From positions 32,001-96,000 of the forward strand of contig JBDKTL010000027.1 of NCBI GenBank assembly GCA_039698055.1: a DNA stretch of 64,000 bases, written 5' to 3'. The translations under genes and the position numbers were made by a program. This stretch comes from Methanoregula sp. Its GTDB lineage: Archaea; Halobacteriota; Methanomicrobia; Methanomicrobiales; Methanospirillaceae. Within the stretch, counting starts at the first letter, position 1, and each line of letters starts with the position of its first letter. Positions 9,276-19,571 of this stretch are shown one piece after another. Under the pieces are notes generated by a model, which worked only from the letters and a program-made list of their open reading frames with translations, did no database searches and was not told the origin of the DNA.

Positions 9276-9739
9276 CAAAAAAAGGTGTACGCGAGACGAT
9301 TATCCGCATCAAAATAAAAGAAATTGACGACGGAGTTTCGCTTGTACGTGAGCATCTGCCATTGACTGCACAAGAATTTGGGAATCTCGGGCTCGTGAAA
9401 GACGGGATTTATAAACGGATTGAATTTGCGATTGAGAATGTGTTTGATATATGTGCCATAATCAACACCGATCTTGCACTTGGTGTTCCCGGAGAAGATG
9501 AAGACATCCTCAAACATCTTATCCAAAATGGAATTCTCAGTAGAGCGATGCGGGAAAAAATCCATGGCATGAAAGGGTTCCGGAATATTATCGTGCACCG
9601 GTATGGAAATATTGATGATGATCTGGCATTTCAACTACTGAAAGAAAATATCGGGGATTTTTTCAGTTTTAACGCTGAAATTGAAAAATTCCTGGAAAAA
9701 CATCATCCGGTTGCCCCTTTTTCTGGCCCGGGCAGGTGA
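9272..9739 (+). CDS. hepT: HEPN/DUF86 ribonuclease toxin (HepT-like)
   Basis: MKGFRNIIVHRYGNIDD motif. Confidence 0.9.
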   Translation: MTKKGVRETIIRIKIKEIDDGVSLVREHLPLTAQEFGNLGLVKDGIYKRIEFAIENVFDICAIINTDLALGVPGEDEDILKHLIQNGILSRAMREKIHGMKGFRNIIVHRYGNIDDDLAFQLLKENIGDFFSFNAEIEKFLEKHHPVAPFSGPGR

Positions 9740-9915
9740 TTGTTCCCTTCAACGTTCTTATTCAGAATAACTTCTCCAAACCGTCACGGGAAACTCTTCG
9801 TGCGACAGCAGAACCATCGTTCATATGGAATGGGTTGAATCTACCAATCTGATAAAATACCGGCTCGTTTCCCCCCTCAAATAAGAAACAAGCCGATTTT
9901 TATCCATCGTGCCGG

Positions 9916-11022
9916 TTACGCTATTTTTTGTGCTGGATCCAGCAGCACCTCATCCGGCAGCCGGGCAAGAGCCACCGCCCCAAGCGCCCCAATCACACCC
10001 CTGCCCCCAATTAATATGATGCCCTCATGTTCTGCTATTTTGTCAGCAACGGTTCGGGTGATAACCTGTTCCCGTACGAGCCGCCCATAGTCCCGCAGTG
10101 ACGGGGAAATGGTCAATCCAACAGAGATAGCAATACCCCAGTTGGGGGAAAGCGCTTCATCCTCGACAAACCGGCGGGTCTTCTCAATAAGGTTCTCAAC
10201 CTGCGATTGCATAACTGCAACCTCGATATAGCTTGCAGAGTTCCCGGCAGTTTTCTCAACAACCTGCTGGCTGAGCATAACCACATGATGACTGATGGGG
10301 AGAACTCCTTTTATCCGGGTCACCTGCGTCAGTAACGCAAGTGCAAGTGCAAATGTTGCACCGCCATCAGCTGAATCGGTATCGTCAATCCCGATAGTCA
10401 CATGTACCAGGGCCTTTGTCCAGATCTTCGCTTCAACAACGGCCTTCTCATGGGTCGGTTCAACCCGGATGACGCCCTCTGCCCGCGACATCATGTCGGT
10501 CACTGAATAGGCAGGGCCTCCGGTACAGCGGATATGCTGGATGACATACCCTTTCTCCTGCCAGACCCCGCTCACCCCGACTGCCGCAAGAGGAAATAAT
10601 CCGATGGAAACCTCCTGGTTCCCGATTCGCGCCGTTTCGCGCAGCAGCGTCCCGTCCCGCTCCACGTTTGTCAATACCCCCCTCGCAAGAGTATGGTGGT
10701 ATCCGCAGTACGCCGCACACGCCCCACTCACGCAGTCATGATAGATTTCGACTGTATCGCCATCCACGGTTGTAAAAATCCGCCGGCAGGTGCTCTGAGG
10801 CAGTGCGCTGATCGCGGCGTACCGGGCAGGACTCCGGCCACGCTTCACATCTTTTAAAAATACACACCCCTCATGCACCAGCCGGCTTATCCAATCCTGC
10901 GCGGTGCTCCGGGGAATTCCTGCGGATTTCTGGATATCCGTAACCGTAAAAAAACCATTGTCCAGCGTGAACTGCCGCATCAGGCGCAGGTATTCCCGCC
11001 GGTGTTCAAGGACGCTTGTCAT
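9916..11022 (-). CDS. Winged-HTH protein fused to a methanogenesis marker 11/TiaS-like domain
   Basis: N-terminal FTVTDIQKSAGIPRSTAQDWISRL (HTH); IGIDDTDSADGGATF, EKTAGNSA and GRGVIGALGAV are TiaS/Mmp11-type motifs. Confidence 0.7.
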   Translation of the reverse strand: MTSVLEHRREYLRLMRQFTLDNGFFTVTDIQKSAGIPRSTAQDWISRLVHEGCVFLKDVKRGRSPARYAAISALPQSTCRRIFTTVDGDTVEIYHDCVSGACAAYCGYHHTLARGVLTNVERDGTLLRETARIGNQEVSIGLFPLAAVGVSGVWQEKGYVIQHIRCTGGPAYSVTDMMSRAEGVIRVEPTHEKAVVEAKIWTKALVHVTIGIDDTDSADGGATFALALALLTQVTRIKGVLPISHHVVMLSQQVVEKTAGNSASYIEVAVMQSQVENLIEKTRRFVEDEALSPNWGIAISVGLTISPSLRDYGRLVREQVITRTVADKIAEHEGIILIGGRGVIGALGAVALARLPDEVLLDPAQKIA

Positions 11023-11992
11023 AGCGATCCCGGATATACAGCAGATCCCCGATAATGGCACTGGCTGTCGGGGTCGACCCGGCCCCCCGGCCGATCAAGG
11101 TAATTTCCTTTGCCATATCCGTTTCAAGCGTAAGAGCGTTCAATGTTCCTTCGATGACGAGGGGATGATCCTTCTCAATAATACGGGGAGACACCCGCAG
11201 GAGATGCTTACGGGGGCTTGCTTCTGCGATCAGCCGTATCGTGCATCCCTCATCCCCGGCAAGCCTCAGTGCATCGGGGGTGAGAAGGTCGATACCTGTC
11301 AGATCGACATCAGCGAGTTTTGCATCATTATCCCAGAGCGTGTTTGCGAGGATGACCAGCTTGATTGCCGCATCGATCCCCTTGACATCATAGGTCGGGT
11401 CCGCTTCGGCATACCCCATCTCCCGGGCTTCCATGAGTGCCTGCTCATACGTGAGCTCTTCAGCCGCCATACGGGTAAGGATATAGTTGCAGGTGCCGTT
11501 GAGGACGCCGTAGAGTGCGATAATCTCATTGCCGGCAAGACCCTGTTCGAGCGTGTGCATGATGGGGACAGCTCCTCCTACCGTCGCTTCGTACCGGAGC
11601 GATACACCATTTTTTTCAGCCAGTGCCATAAGTTCCCGGTAGGCAAGTGCTATGGGACCTTTATTGGAGGTCACCACATGTTTCCTGTGTCCAAGCGCCA
11701 TTTTGATGTATCCGAGGGCCGGTTCTCCGGTAATTGCATTGGTCGGTGTGACTTCAATCAATATATCGTAGGCTGCTTTTTCCAGGATATCCTGCGTCGA
11801 GATGGTTATGTCACCGCACACGCCGGTCGTGCGCTTTGTTTTAAGAACCTCATCAATATCGATCCCGTTATTGTCGATACATCCGCTCTTTGAATCCGCT
11901 ATCCCGGTGATAATGATACCAAGATCCTTTTTTGCAAGCTGCTCTGCTACGCCGCGTCCTACCGATCCAAGGCCAAGGATCACAACCTTCAT
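11006..11992 (-). CDS. hom: Homoserine dehydrogenase
   Basis: GLGSVG, VVTSNKGP, YEATVGGAVP, GVLNGTCNYIL, GYAEADPTYDVKGIDAA. Confidence 0.97.
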   Translation of the reverse strand: MKVVILGLGSVGRGVAEQLAKKDLGIIITGIADSKSGCIDNNGIDIDEVLKTKRTTGVCGDITISTQDILEKAAYDILIEVTPTNAITGEPALGYIKMALGHRKHVVTSNKGPIALAYRELMALAEKNGVSLRYEATVGGAVPIMHTLEQGLAGNEIIALYGVLNGTCNYILTRMAAEELTYEQALMEAREMGYAEADPTYDVKGIDAAIKLVILANTLWDNDAKLADVDLTGIDLLTPDALRLAGDEGCTIRLIAEASPRKHLLRVSPRIIEKDHPLVIEGTLNALTLETDMAKEITLIGRGAGSTPTASAIIGDLLYIRDRYDKRP

Positions 11993-12507
11993 GCAATCTC
12001 CTCCAGCGGTTCAATCAGGAGAAGGGATTTCTGGAGTGCCACCCTGCGCAGAATCGTCAGGGCGGATTCCATATCTTCACGGTTCACCGCTTTGATAGTC
12101 ACCCGGGACGTCGAGCGCTCGTTCACTGCCGGCATACTCATGGAGAGTTCGCAGACTTCAGCAAAACCTGTTGAATCGATCTGGTCGACCGTATCAGAGA
12201 GATCCGTGTGCATCAGGTGCCCAATCATGATAACCGTGCGTTTGTAAAGCAGGCGTTCTTTTCCGATCCGCTGGATGTGAACACCCTGATCTTTTAACAG
12301 CGACACCAGTTTGTCGAGGCGCCCTTCAGGAAGTTCAAGGACGATCTGAACATCAAGGGTCCGGTGACCGGGATCAGGATTATGCTGGTGGATGACCGCG
12401 ATGATATTTCCCCCGACCTCTGATATGGGTTTGAGAGCGGCGACCAGCTGACCCGGCGAATCCTTCATTTCAAGTTTCATGGAGACCTGCACGAGACCAC
12501 CTAACAC
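11989..12507 (-). CDS. ACT-domain amino-acid-binding protein (likely regulatory partner of Hom)
   Basis: LEMKDSPGQLVAALKPISEVGGNII ACT motif; ATGA coupling to hom. Confidence 0.88.
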   Translation of the reverse strand: MLGGLVQVSMKLEMKDSPGQLVAALKPISEVGGNIIAVIHQHNPDPGHRTLDVQIVLELPEGRLDKLVSLLKDQGVHIQRIGKERLLYKRTVIMIGHLMHTDLSDTVDQIDSTGFAEVCELSMSMPAVNERSTSRVTIKAVNREDMESALTILRRVALQKSLLLIEPLEEIA

Positions 12508-12558
12508 ATAGTAGATCGGGCTTCAAGATAAGGCTTTTATTTTAATGCCGGGGTTTTT

Positions 12559-13371
12559 TTAGAGTTTGCGGAGTTTATTATCGACTTTTTCAAAGAAATT
12601 TCTCTTCGCATCTACAAACAAAGCCGGTTGTTCTGCCCGCTGGACCCGTATTGACACGGCACTTCCAAGATCGATGGTTTGCTGCCCGTCAATCACGAGA
12701 TTTGCCGGTTTTGCACTTTCGAGCCGGATTTCAAGATCCCGGTTGCTGCTGATCACATGGGGTCGCGAGGAGAGCATATACGGGGCAAGCGGGACAAGCA
12801 GGAACCCCTGTATCCGGGGATCGACAATCGGCCCTCCGGCACTCATCGCATAGGCAGTCGAACCGGTAGGCGTACTGATAAGAAGGCCATCGGAACGGAA
12901 CTGTTCGGCAACTACTCCGTCGATGACAATAGAGAACCGCAGCATCTTTGCCGGCCGGACGGTAACGATAAGTGCCTCGTTTAACGCATCTCCGAGGTGC
13001 TCCCCGTCCCGGTAAAGAGAGATCCGCATGCGCTCTTCGACCGGGAACCCGGGGACAATCTTTTTAATAAATTCCCACGCTTCTGAGGGTTCCAGATCGG
13101 CAAGAAACCCGACCTCTCCCCAGTTTATACCGACAATGGGAATCTGGCAGTGCATCTGCTGGACCGTGCGCAGGATGGTGCCGTCGCCGCCAACTACAAC
13201 AGCAATATCCGCGTCCCGGGCAGCACCGGTATTTTCATATTCCCCCATTGCCCTGGCGGTATCGTGTTCAAGGCTCACGTGATTTCCCGCTGCCTCGATT
13301 TCCTGTTTTAACTGAGCGGCAAAAGTAAGGGCATCGGGGCGATCAATGCGGGACACAAGCAGCGTTTTCAT
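12559..13371 (-). CDS. nadK: NAD(+) kinase
   Basis: [35 protein letters not shown]. Confidence 0.96.
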   Translation of the reverse strand: MKTLLVSRIDRPDALTFAAQLKQEIEAAGNHVSLEHDTARAMGEYENTGAARDADIAVVVGGDGTILRTVQQMHCQIPIVGINWGEVGFLADLEPSEAWEFIKKIVPGFPVEERMRISLYRDGEHLGDALNEALIVTVRPAKMLRFSIVIDGVVAEQFRSDGLLISTPTGSTAYAMSAGGPIVDPRIQGFLLVPLAPYMLSSRPHVISSNRDLEIRLESAKPANLVIDGQQTIDLGSAVSIRVQRAEQPALFVDAKRNFFEKVDNKLRKL

Positions 13372-13378
13372 GTGAGGA

Positions 13379-14155
13379 TCACCGTAAATATTCAATTACC
13401 TTATGGTGCAGCACACCATTTGTCGCAACGATGCACCGGCCGCTGGTCACCTCATTGGGGAAGTGAATCGGGGCGCCATTTAAGTCCGTGACTTTCCCCC
13501 CGGCTTCTGTACAGACCAGCATCCCGGCAGCAGCATCAGTTACCCGCAGGGTTCCCCGGAGATCGATAAACCCGTCAATCCCCCCGCTCCCGATGTAACA
13601 GAGTTCGAGAGCCGATGCACCAAGGAGTCGCCATCTCCTTATTTTCTGGCCGATCTGCATTACCCGCGTGGGATCGAATTTCCTGCCATAGACACTCATC
13701 GCACATTCATCAAGGTGAGAGATTTTTGAGACATGGATAGGTTTCCCGTTGCAGTGCGAGAACTTGCCTTTTATGGCAGTGAATGTCTCGCCGCTGGCGA
13801 GGTTTCGCACAAATGCCTGACGGACGATGCCGTCATGTGCCCATGCAATCGACAGGGCATAGAACGGGATCCCGGCGACCGCATTGAACGTGCCATCAAT
13901 GGGGTCAAGAAAGATCGTTCCTTCACCATTATCTAATGATACTTTTCCGGCTTCTTCGCTGATGAGCAGGGAGCAGAGTGCGTGATCCTTTAAGTATTCC
14001 ACCACGCAGTCCTCGGCAACCTGATCGATTTTTTTTGTGGGGGTGAGATCGGCGCCCATTTTAATATACTCGCCCCCTTCCGGGGTTCCAACCAGTCCTT
14101 TGATACGTGCCTGTACCAGTCCGGCCATTTCTGTGCACGCCATAAGAAAGTCCAT
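13379..14155 (-). CDS. suhB: Inositol monophosphatase/FBPase-family phosphatase (possibly NADP phosphatase)
   Basis: [24 protein letters not shown]. Confidence 0.9.
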   Translation of the reverse strand: MDFLMACTEMAGLVQARIKGLVGTPEGGEYIKMGADLTPTKKIDQVAEDCVVEYLKDHALCSLLISEEAGKVSLDNGEGTIFLDPIDGTFNAVAGIPFYALSIAWAHDGIVRQAFVRNLASGETFTAIKGKFSHCNGKPIHVSKISHLDECAMSVYGRKFDPTRVMQIGQKIRRWRLLGASALELCYIGSGGIDGFIDLRGTLRVTDAAAGMLVCTEAGGKVTDLNGAPIHFPNEVTSGRCIVATNGVLHHKVIEYLR

Positions 14156-14268
14156 TTGGTATCCCGCCCATTTTTTGTTGGTTTTCTACGCTGTATTTAT
14201 GTAATGCAATAAAGATAAATTACTACCGCGTTTACCATATGATAGTGTTTTAGAGGTTGTGAAAAAAT

Positions 14269-14646
14269 ATGAAAGAACAAACTGAAATCGGAAAGATCAA
14301 AGAGGGTCGCTACATTGTTGTCGAGGACGAACCCTGCAAAGTTGTCGGAATTGCCACATCAAAGCCGGGAAAACATGGCGCTGCAAAGGCCCGGATTGAC
14401 GCAGTGGGTATCTTTGACGGGGTCAAGCGCTCCATCGTTTCACCGGTATCTGCAAAGACCTATGTGCCCATTGTTGAGCGCAAGAGCGGGCAGGTTATTT
14501 CGATTGCAGGTGATATGGCGCAGTTAATGGATATGAAAGATTATTCCAACTTTGAGATCGCGATCCCTGAGGATAAGAAAGGGTCGATCGAGATTGGAAA
14601 AGAGATTATGTATATCGAGTCAATGGGAAAAAGAAAGATCGACTGA
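14269..14646 (+). CDS. eif5A: Translation factor aIF5A
   Basis: SKPGKHGAAKAR hypusine-site motif. Confidence 0.97.
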   Translation: MKEQTEIGKIKEGRYIVVEDEPCKVVGIATSKPGKHGAAKARIDAVGIFDGVKRSIVSPVSAKTYVPIVERKSGQVISIAGDMAQLMDMKDYSNFEIAIPEDKKGSIEIGKEIMYIESMGKRKID

Positions 14647-14709
14647 TACTTTCAGATGTAATTTTTTTATGGGAACAACGTTTATTTTAGTTCAATACGT
14701 TTTTTTGTA

Positions 14710-14905
14710 CGGATAGATTTCTCCTCTCTTTACTCTTTGATATTGGATCGTTGAACGATCAATTCAGTGAACCTTCAGTCGCGTAAAGCCGCTGCGGGGG
14801 AAGTACCTTTGGGAGTGACGGAGACATTCCAATGGGTGATTGGGTACATTAAACCTGTAACCTGTCTGCTACAATCCCGACTTATCAAATCACCGCCTCG
14901 ATAAA
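14710..14905 (+). ncRNA. Candidate structured small RNA (alternatively a 45-aa sORF at 14767..14904)
   Basis: TTTATTT at ~14681 upstream, oligo-T tracts after 14905, several complementary segments inside. Family not recognised. Confidence 0.35.
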
Positions 14906-15188
14906 CTTTTTTGGTTTTTTTATTACGGGTTCATTATTGTTAATTGATACTTGTATTGCCATCATCTGGTTTCCCGTGCTTCATAAGGGTACGTAATAAG
15001 AGAATAAAATTTCCTGACCGCCATACCGTTGTTTTCGAACATTTTACGAATGCTGAAAACGATGCAAACCTCTTTTACAAATGGTGCTCTTCCGATGAAA
15101 TGCTCGCTCATACTAATGAGAACGAGTGAAAATAAGATCTTAGTGTGGCATTCTTTTGCGGTTGGCATGAAAACTGGTAGAAATCAGG

Positions 15189-16046
15189 TCAGTATTTACC
15201 AATATACCGTGTGGGAACCTGAATTTCCAGTTTGTATGAATTTATGTACTTAGCATTAATAATGAAATAATAGTTTTTCTGCCCCTCATAAAATTTCTCT
15301 GTCCATGGGCGGGGATCGGAAGGGGTGGTCGTCGGAGTTGGTGCAATTTCTGCATATTTTGGGACACGTGTGACATCTGGAGTGGGTTGTGTAACCCCGG
15401 CCCATAAGTCCATATCGATTCCACCAGGAGGGGTGATAGTGCGCACGATCCGGTTAGGGTCTTGTGCATCTATGACCTGAACAGAAAATACCGGGCTTAC
15501 GACAGAATAGGATCCTGATATTCCGCTGTGGGCATAATTTTGCCCAAGGGTTGGTGTAATCTCAAGCGAGGGAACCTCAGTAAGTCCACCCATGGGGCCT
15601 ATTGCAGGGTCAATCGTGTACGAAATCACCCAGTATGGGAACGGGATGTTGATCACCTGGGTTGTCCCGCTGTATTTTCCCGATATGGTTGCATACGTGG
15701 TCATGCTGGTATCGGGTTGTGTTGTGTTGAACCGGGTTCCTCCGGGAAGCGACTGGTTCGTGGAGACGCCATAAGTTGCCGGATCGACAAAGGCAACCGT
15801 TTTTGTTTTGGCATCCCACGTAGGAACCGGCGTTGGAGGGCGGGTGGGGTTCGTTGTGTGTGTTGTGGGTAATGTAGCATTCTGAAGAGTGACAGGAATG
15901 GGAGTTGATATTGTCGTAGGACCGGGAACCAGAAATGAAAGCCCGGTATTCACCGGCTGCCCGGTTGCGATGGGTTTGATGACAAGAGCGATGATGAGGA
16001 TAATGCCCAGCGCAGCGACAACAAAGACAATATCTTTCTTATCCAT
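15189..16046 (-). CDS. Membrane-anchored Thr/Pro-rich hypothetical protein
   Basis: N-terminal TM helix after MDKKD; PT-rich linkers; divergent from the archaellin genes. Confidence 0.75.
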   Translation of the reverse strand: MDKKDIVFVVAALGIILIIALVIKPIATGQPVNTGLSFLVPGPTTISTPIPVTLQNATLPTTHTTNPTRPPTPVPTWDAKTKTVAFVDPATYGVSTNQSLPGGTRFNTTQPDTSMTTYATISGKYSGTTQVINIPFPYWVISYTIDPAIGPMGGLTEVPSLEITPTLGQNYAHSGISGSYSVVSPVFSVQVIDAQDPNRIVRTITPPGGIDMDLWAGVTQPTPDVTRVPKYAEIAPTPTTTPSDPRPWTEKFYEGQKNYYFIINAKYINSYKLEIQVPTRYIGKY

Positions 16047-16322
16047 GTGAACTATAAACCTATTCGGCGCGGAGTAATAAATACTGGTGTAATTGTGCGG
16101 GAGATGTAAATGTGTACATGAAAAAAGACACATTCTCTCATATTTAATGACGCGCAGTATATTTGTTTAAATTAAAAATGGTAGGCCATATTCAGAAAAA
16201 AATACCTGAAATCCGTGAGAACACGGCGTAATTTTTGGGAATGATATTTATACTATTAAATCACTTTATCACATACGAACATTGGAGGGTTCCAGTGTTC
16301 ACTATCGATAGAAGGTGAATTC

Positions 16323-16904
16323 ATGAATTCTTCTAAGTGTAATGATGAAGGGTTCACCGGTCTTGAGGCAGCAATTGTGCTTATCGCATTCGTTGTTGTC
16401 GCGGCGGTGTTCTCCTATGTGGTGCTCGGTGCCGGGTTCTTCACAACCCAGAAGGCCCAGGAGACCGTACATACGGGTGTAGCACAGACTACTTCGGCAG
16501 TGGAACCATCGGGGCCGGTTAGTGTACACTCTCCTGATGGATCCACTATTGACAATCTCACATTCTATCTTCAGCTTGCTGCTGGAGGTACTGGCGTAGA
16601 CATGAGTAAAGTTACGTACACTCTTTCTACACCCACGCAGGTTTCAACCTTTACAAATGCGACTGTTTCGTATGACTGGGTCAAAGAAAATGTTGCAGGT
16701 GGAAGTAATCATGACGCTCATGCCGGATTGTTAAATCCCCGTGAGATGGTACTTGTAACTGTCAATCCCGGGATGGATGCAGCAGATTTGGGAATCAATA
16801 CCAAGTTTATCTGTGAAGTGAAGCCTCCCGTTGGTGCAGCCCTGCCAATTGCAAGAACAATTCCGGCGGGATTGAATACTGACACGTGGTATGAGGTATA
16901 CTAA
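16323..16904 (+). CDS. flaB: Archaellin
   Basis: DEG|FTGLEAAIVLIAFVVVAAVFSYVVLGAGFF. Confidence 0.96.
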   Translation: MNSSKCNDEGFTGLEAAIVLIAFVVVAAVFSYVVLGAGFFTTQKAQETVHTGVAQTTSAVEPSGPVSVHSPDGSTIDNLTFYLQLAAGGTGVDMSKVTYTLSTPTQVSTFTNATVSYDWVKENVAGGSNHDAHAGLLNPREMVLVTVNPGMDAADLGINTKFICEVKPPVGAALPIARTIPAGLNTDTWYEVY

Positions 16905-16916
16905 GGAGGGAAAAAA

Positions 16917-17528
16917 ATGAAAAATCTTTATTCGGATGAAGCATTCACGGGACTAGAGGCCGCCATCGTACTCATCGCGTTCGTAGTTGTTGCCGCGGTG
17001 TTCTCCTACGTGGTGCTCGGTGCCGGGTTCTTCACATCCCAGACGGCTCAGGCAACAGTTCATACGGGTGTGTCGCAGGCAAGCTCAAGTATGGAACTTG
17101 TGGGAAATGTGTATGGGGTTCAAGGCGCTACTAACCTGAGGTATGTGAACGTAACCATCGCACTCACTGCCGGTGGTACTCCCATGGACGTATCTTCGAT
17201 GGTAGTATCCTATACAGATAATAATGGTGGTCACAATGCAAATGTTCTGCCCAGCAATGCGGATGATTTATTGGACTGCGGCACTATAACGACTGCTGAT
17301 CACACACAGGCTGATATTGAGTGGTGCATCGGTCAGAAAATCAATAATGTGACTGCAGGCACAATGCTCGATAACAATGCTCAGATGGTCCTTGTTGTGG
17401 GTATGCCCTCTGACACAGCATCACCGAATACAAAATTCTCCATCAATTTACAGCCGTCCGTAGGAGCTGTCCTCCCCATTGCAAGAACAATTCCCGGTGG
17501 CCTGACAGCTGTCCAACCCCTCTATTAA
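16917..17528 (+). CDS. flaB: Archaellin
   Basis: DEA|FTGLEAAIVLIAFVVVAAVFS; GGAGG RBS upstream. Confidence 0.96.
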   Translation: MKNLYSDEAFTGLEAAIVLIAFVVVAAVFSYVVLGAGFFTSQTAQATVHTGVSQASSSMELVGNVYGVQGATNLRYVNVTIALTAGGTPMDVSSMVVSYTDNNGGHNANVLPSNADDLLDCGTITTADHTQADIEWCIGQKINNVTAGTMLDNNAQMVLVVGMPSDTASPNTKFSINLQPSVGAVLPIARTIPGGLTAVQPLY

Positions 17529-17637
17529 ATCCTTTTTTATTCCACCAGATTACCGTTAAAATCAGTATCCGCAATTCCCGGAACCAGATCCAATATCCAA
17601 AAATATATCTATTACCATCGTAATATATCCATATATT

Positions 17638-18555
17638 ATGGCGGTAAACCAGTCTCAGGTCGACCATATCATCACTGCCGCATCCGAGGATGATCCCGAA
17701 GTAAAACTTCAGAACCTGGAGCGGGAAGTCGATCTGATCAAAACATCCATCAAACGCCTCCTCATGGATATCCGGGAGCGGATGAATGAACTGGAAAACC
17801 CGTTTACCCTTACGGCAGGTTCTGGTGGAAGTGCCGGGGGAAGCAGTGCAAGCGCCAGTGCACATATGGACGACGCCAAAAAATCTGCACTCGAAGCCCG
17901 GGAAGCAGCTCTTGACGCCCGGGAATCCACCATGGAAGCCACCAAGGCAAAACAGGATGCAGAGAGCAAAAAAACAGAACCGGTTCCTGTAAAATCCGAG
18001 CCGGCACAACCGGTATCCCCGGTAACGGTCTCACACGACGATCGAAAACTGCTTGACGAACAGATACTTTCCGCGCTCAAATCACAAATTGCCACGCCCA
18101 CCACGCATAAAAACAACCAGATCTCGCTGTCCAGTGAAAAACTGCGATTACAAAAAGTCTATAAATTATTCAAATGGACCAGCCAGGCAATCAAAAAATA
18201 TGGTCATGACCGGCTTGAGATCATCCTGGAATCCTATCGCATTATGGGCTATATCCCTAAAGAGTCATGCGATGAGATCAAAGAAATCTCCCGCCTGATG
18301 CCGGCAAACCTCGGGGACGAACACGAAGTTGGCCCGGACGAATTTGTATCTGAACTCTATGCATTAAACCGGATTCTCGCACCGAACGACACCTCGCTTG
18401 ACCGGGATATGATCGAAGTAATGATGGAGCAGCGCCAGCAGGTAGTGCCCTTAAAAGATCGGTCGGTCCCGCAAAGTATCTCCTTAAAGGAACGGGAATC
18501 CCCACGGAATAACGATAAAGACGAAGAGTGGATGAACCTGCCGGATAGGATATAA
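17638..18555 (+). CDS. Archaellum accessory protein, ArlC/D/E-like (coiled coil plus FlaD/E domain)
   Basis: N-terminal coiled coil; KLFKWTSQAIKKYG...ILESYRIMGYI resembles the FlaD/E motif; position between flaB and flaG. Confidence 0.7.
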   Translation: MAVNQSQVDHIITAASEDDPEVKLQNLEREVDLIKTSIKRLLMDIRERMNELENPFTLTAGSGGSAGGSSASASAHMDDAKKSALEAREAALDARESTMEATKAKQDAESKKTEPVPVKSEPAQPVSPVTVSHDDRKLLDEQILSALKSQIATPTTHKNNQISLSSEKLRLQKVYKLFKWTSQAIKKYGHDRLEIILESYRIMGYIPKESCDEIKEISRLMPANLGDEHEVGPDEFVSELYALNRILAPNDTSLDRDMIEVMMEQRQQVVPLKDRSVPQSISLKERESPRNNDKDEEWMNLPDRI

Positions 18556-18558
18556 TCG

Positions 18559-19059
18559 ATGTCGGCTGAGACATTCACCACCGCCATGTTCCTGATTACT
18601 GCGGTTATAGCGGCAGGTGTTTTGATAAACGCAGTACTTCCGGTTATCTATACCGCGGCAGGGAGTTTCTCTGAATCCTCACACGAATCTGACCTCCGGC
18701 TCCGGACGGATTTCAAGATTGTCACCGCCGTTGTCAATAACAGTTATGTTGCCCGTATCTGGATGAAAAATACCGGAAGTGAACGAATACCGATAACCGA
18801 TATCGAACGTTCCGATGTGATTTGTGGAGACGCCGGAGATTTCGGACGACTGTCCCTTACTGCCGTAACGCCACTGCCTGCCGGTACATGGAGCTACACA
18901 TTAAGCGATCTCAATCGCAATTCCAACTGGGATTCCGGCGAAACCCTGGAAATTGATGCAAAAACCCCGACGATCACAGGAAAACCGATTGGCACTCCGG
19001 TCTATTTCCAGTTTGTGTTGCCAAACGGCATCTGGAGATCAACGGATTTCACCGTGTGA
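18559..19059 (+). CDS. flaG: Archaellum protein FlaG/ArlG
   Basis: TAMFLITAVIAAGVL, WMKNTGS, WDSGETLEI. Confidence 0.85.
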   Translation: MSAETFTTAMFLITAVIAAGVLINAVLPVIYTAAGSFSESSHESDLRLRTDFKIVTAVVNNSYVARIWMKNTGSERIPITDIERSDVICGDAGDFGRLSLTAVTPLPAGTWSYTLSDLNRNSNWDSGETLEIDAKTPTITGKPIGTPVYFQFVLPNGIWRSTDFTV

Positions 19060-19065
19060 CACGCC

Positions 19066-19551
19066 ATGGCGGTTGCAGATCTTATCGGGGCAGCAGTTGG
19101 AGTTCTTCTCCTCGTTCTTGTCGCCTATGTACTGGTGGGGAGCACACTCTCTACCGCAGAGATTGTATCAAATGCCCAAAAAGACCTGACAGTCCAGAAT
19201 GAAGCACGGTTACACACAGATTTTAGTATCTATAACCCTACATGGAATGGAACGAACATTACCTGTTACATCAATAATACCGGAAACGAGATAATCGGGG
19301 ATTTCCAGCATATGGATATTGTGGTGAACGATGTATCTGCAAATGATTACAGCCTCTATACCTATATTAAAGATCCAGCTCCAGCCGAGGCACCCGGATA
19401 CTGGACAATTGTTGATCGGGGACGGGATGACATTCATCCATTCCTGTTGGACCCCGGTGAATCGTACCGGATTATGATCAAAACCAGCACCACGCCAACG
19501 TGGTTCCAGATCACTACCAGCAACGGGGTTTATGATTCATCATATGTCTAA
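19066..19551 (+). CDS. flaF: Archaellum protein FlaF/ArlF
   Basis: N-terminal TM, NNTGN, LDPGE, ITTSNGV; operon position. Confidence 0.8.
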   Translation: MAVADLIGAAVGVLLLVLVAYVLVGSTLSTAEIVSNAQKDLTVQNEARLHTDFSIYNPTWNGTNITCYINNTGNEIIGDFQHMDIVVNDVSANDYSLYTYIKDPAPAEAPGYWTIVDRGRDDIHPFLLDPGESYRIMIKTSTTPTWFQITTSNGVYDSSYV

Positions 19552-19571
19552 CAACAGAACGTGAGAATACC

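Noticed and set aside
14944-15253. Short ORFs between the candidate sRNA and the Thr/Pro-rich gene
   Set aside because: Mutually overlapping, with no RBS or recognisable motif.
16350-17040. Near-identical DNA at the 5' ends of the two archaellins
   Set aside because: Expected conservation of the archaellin N-terminal helix; not novel.
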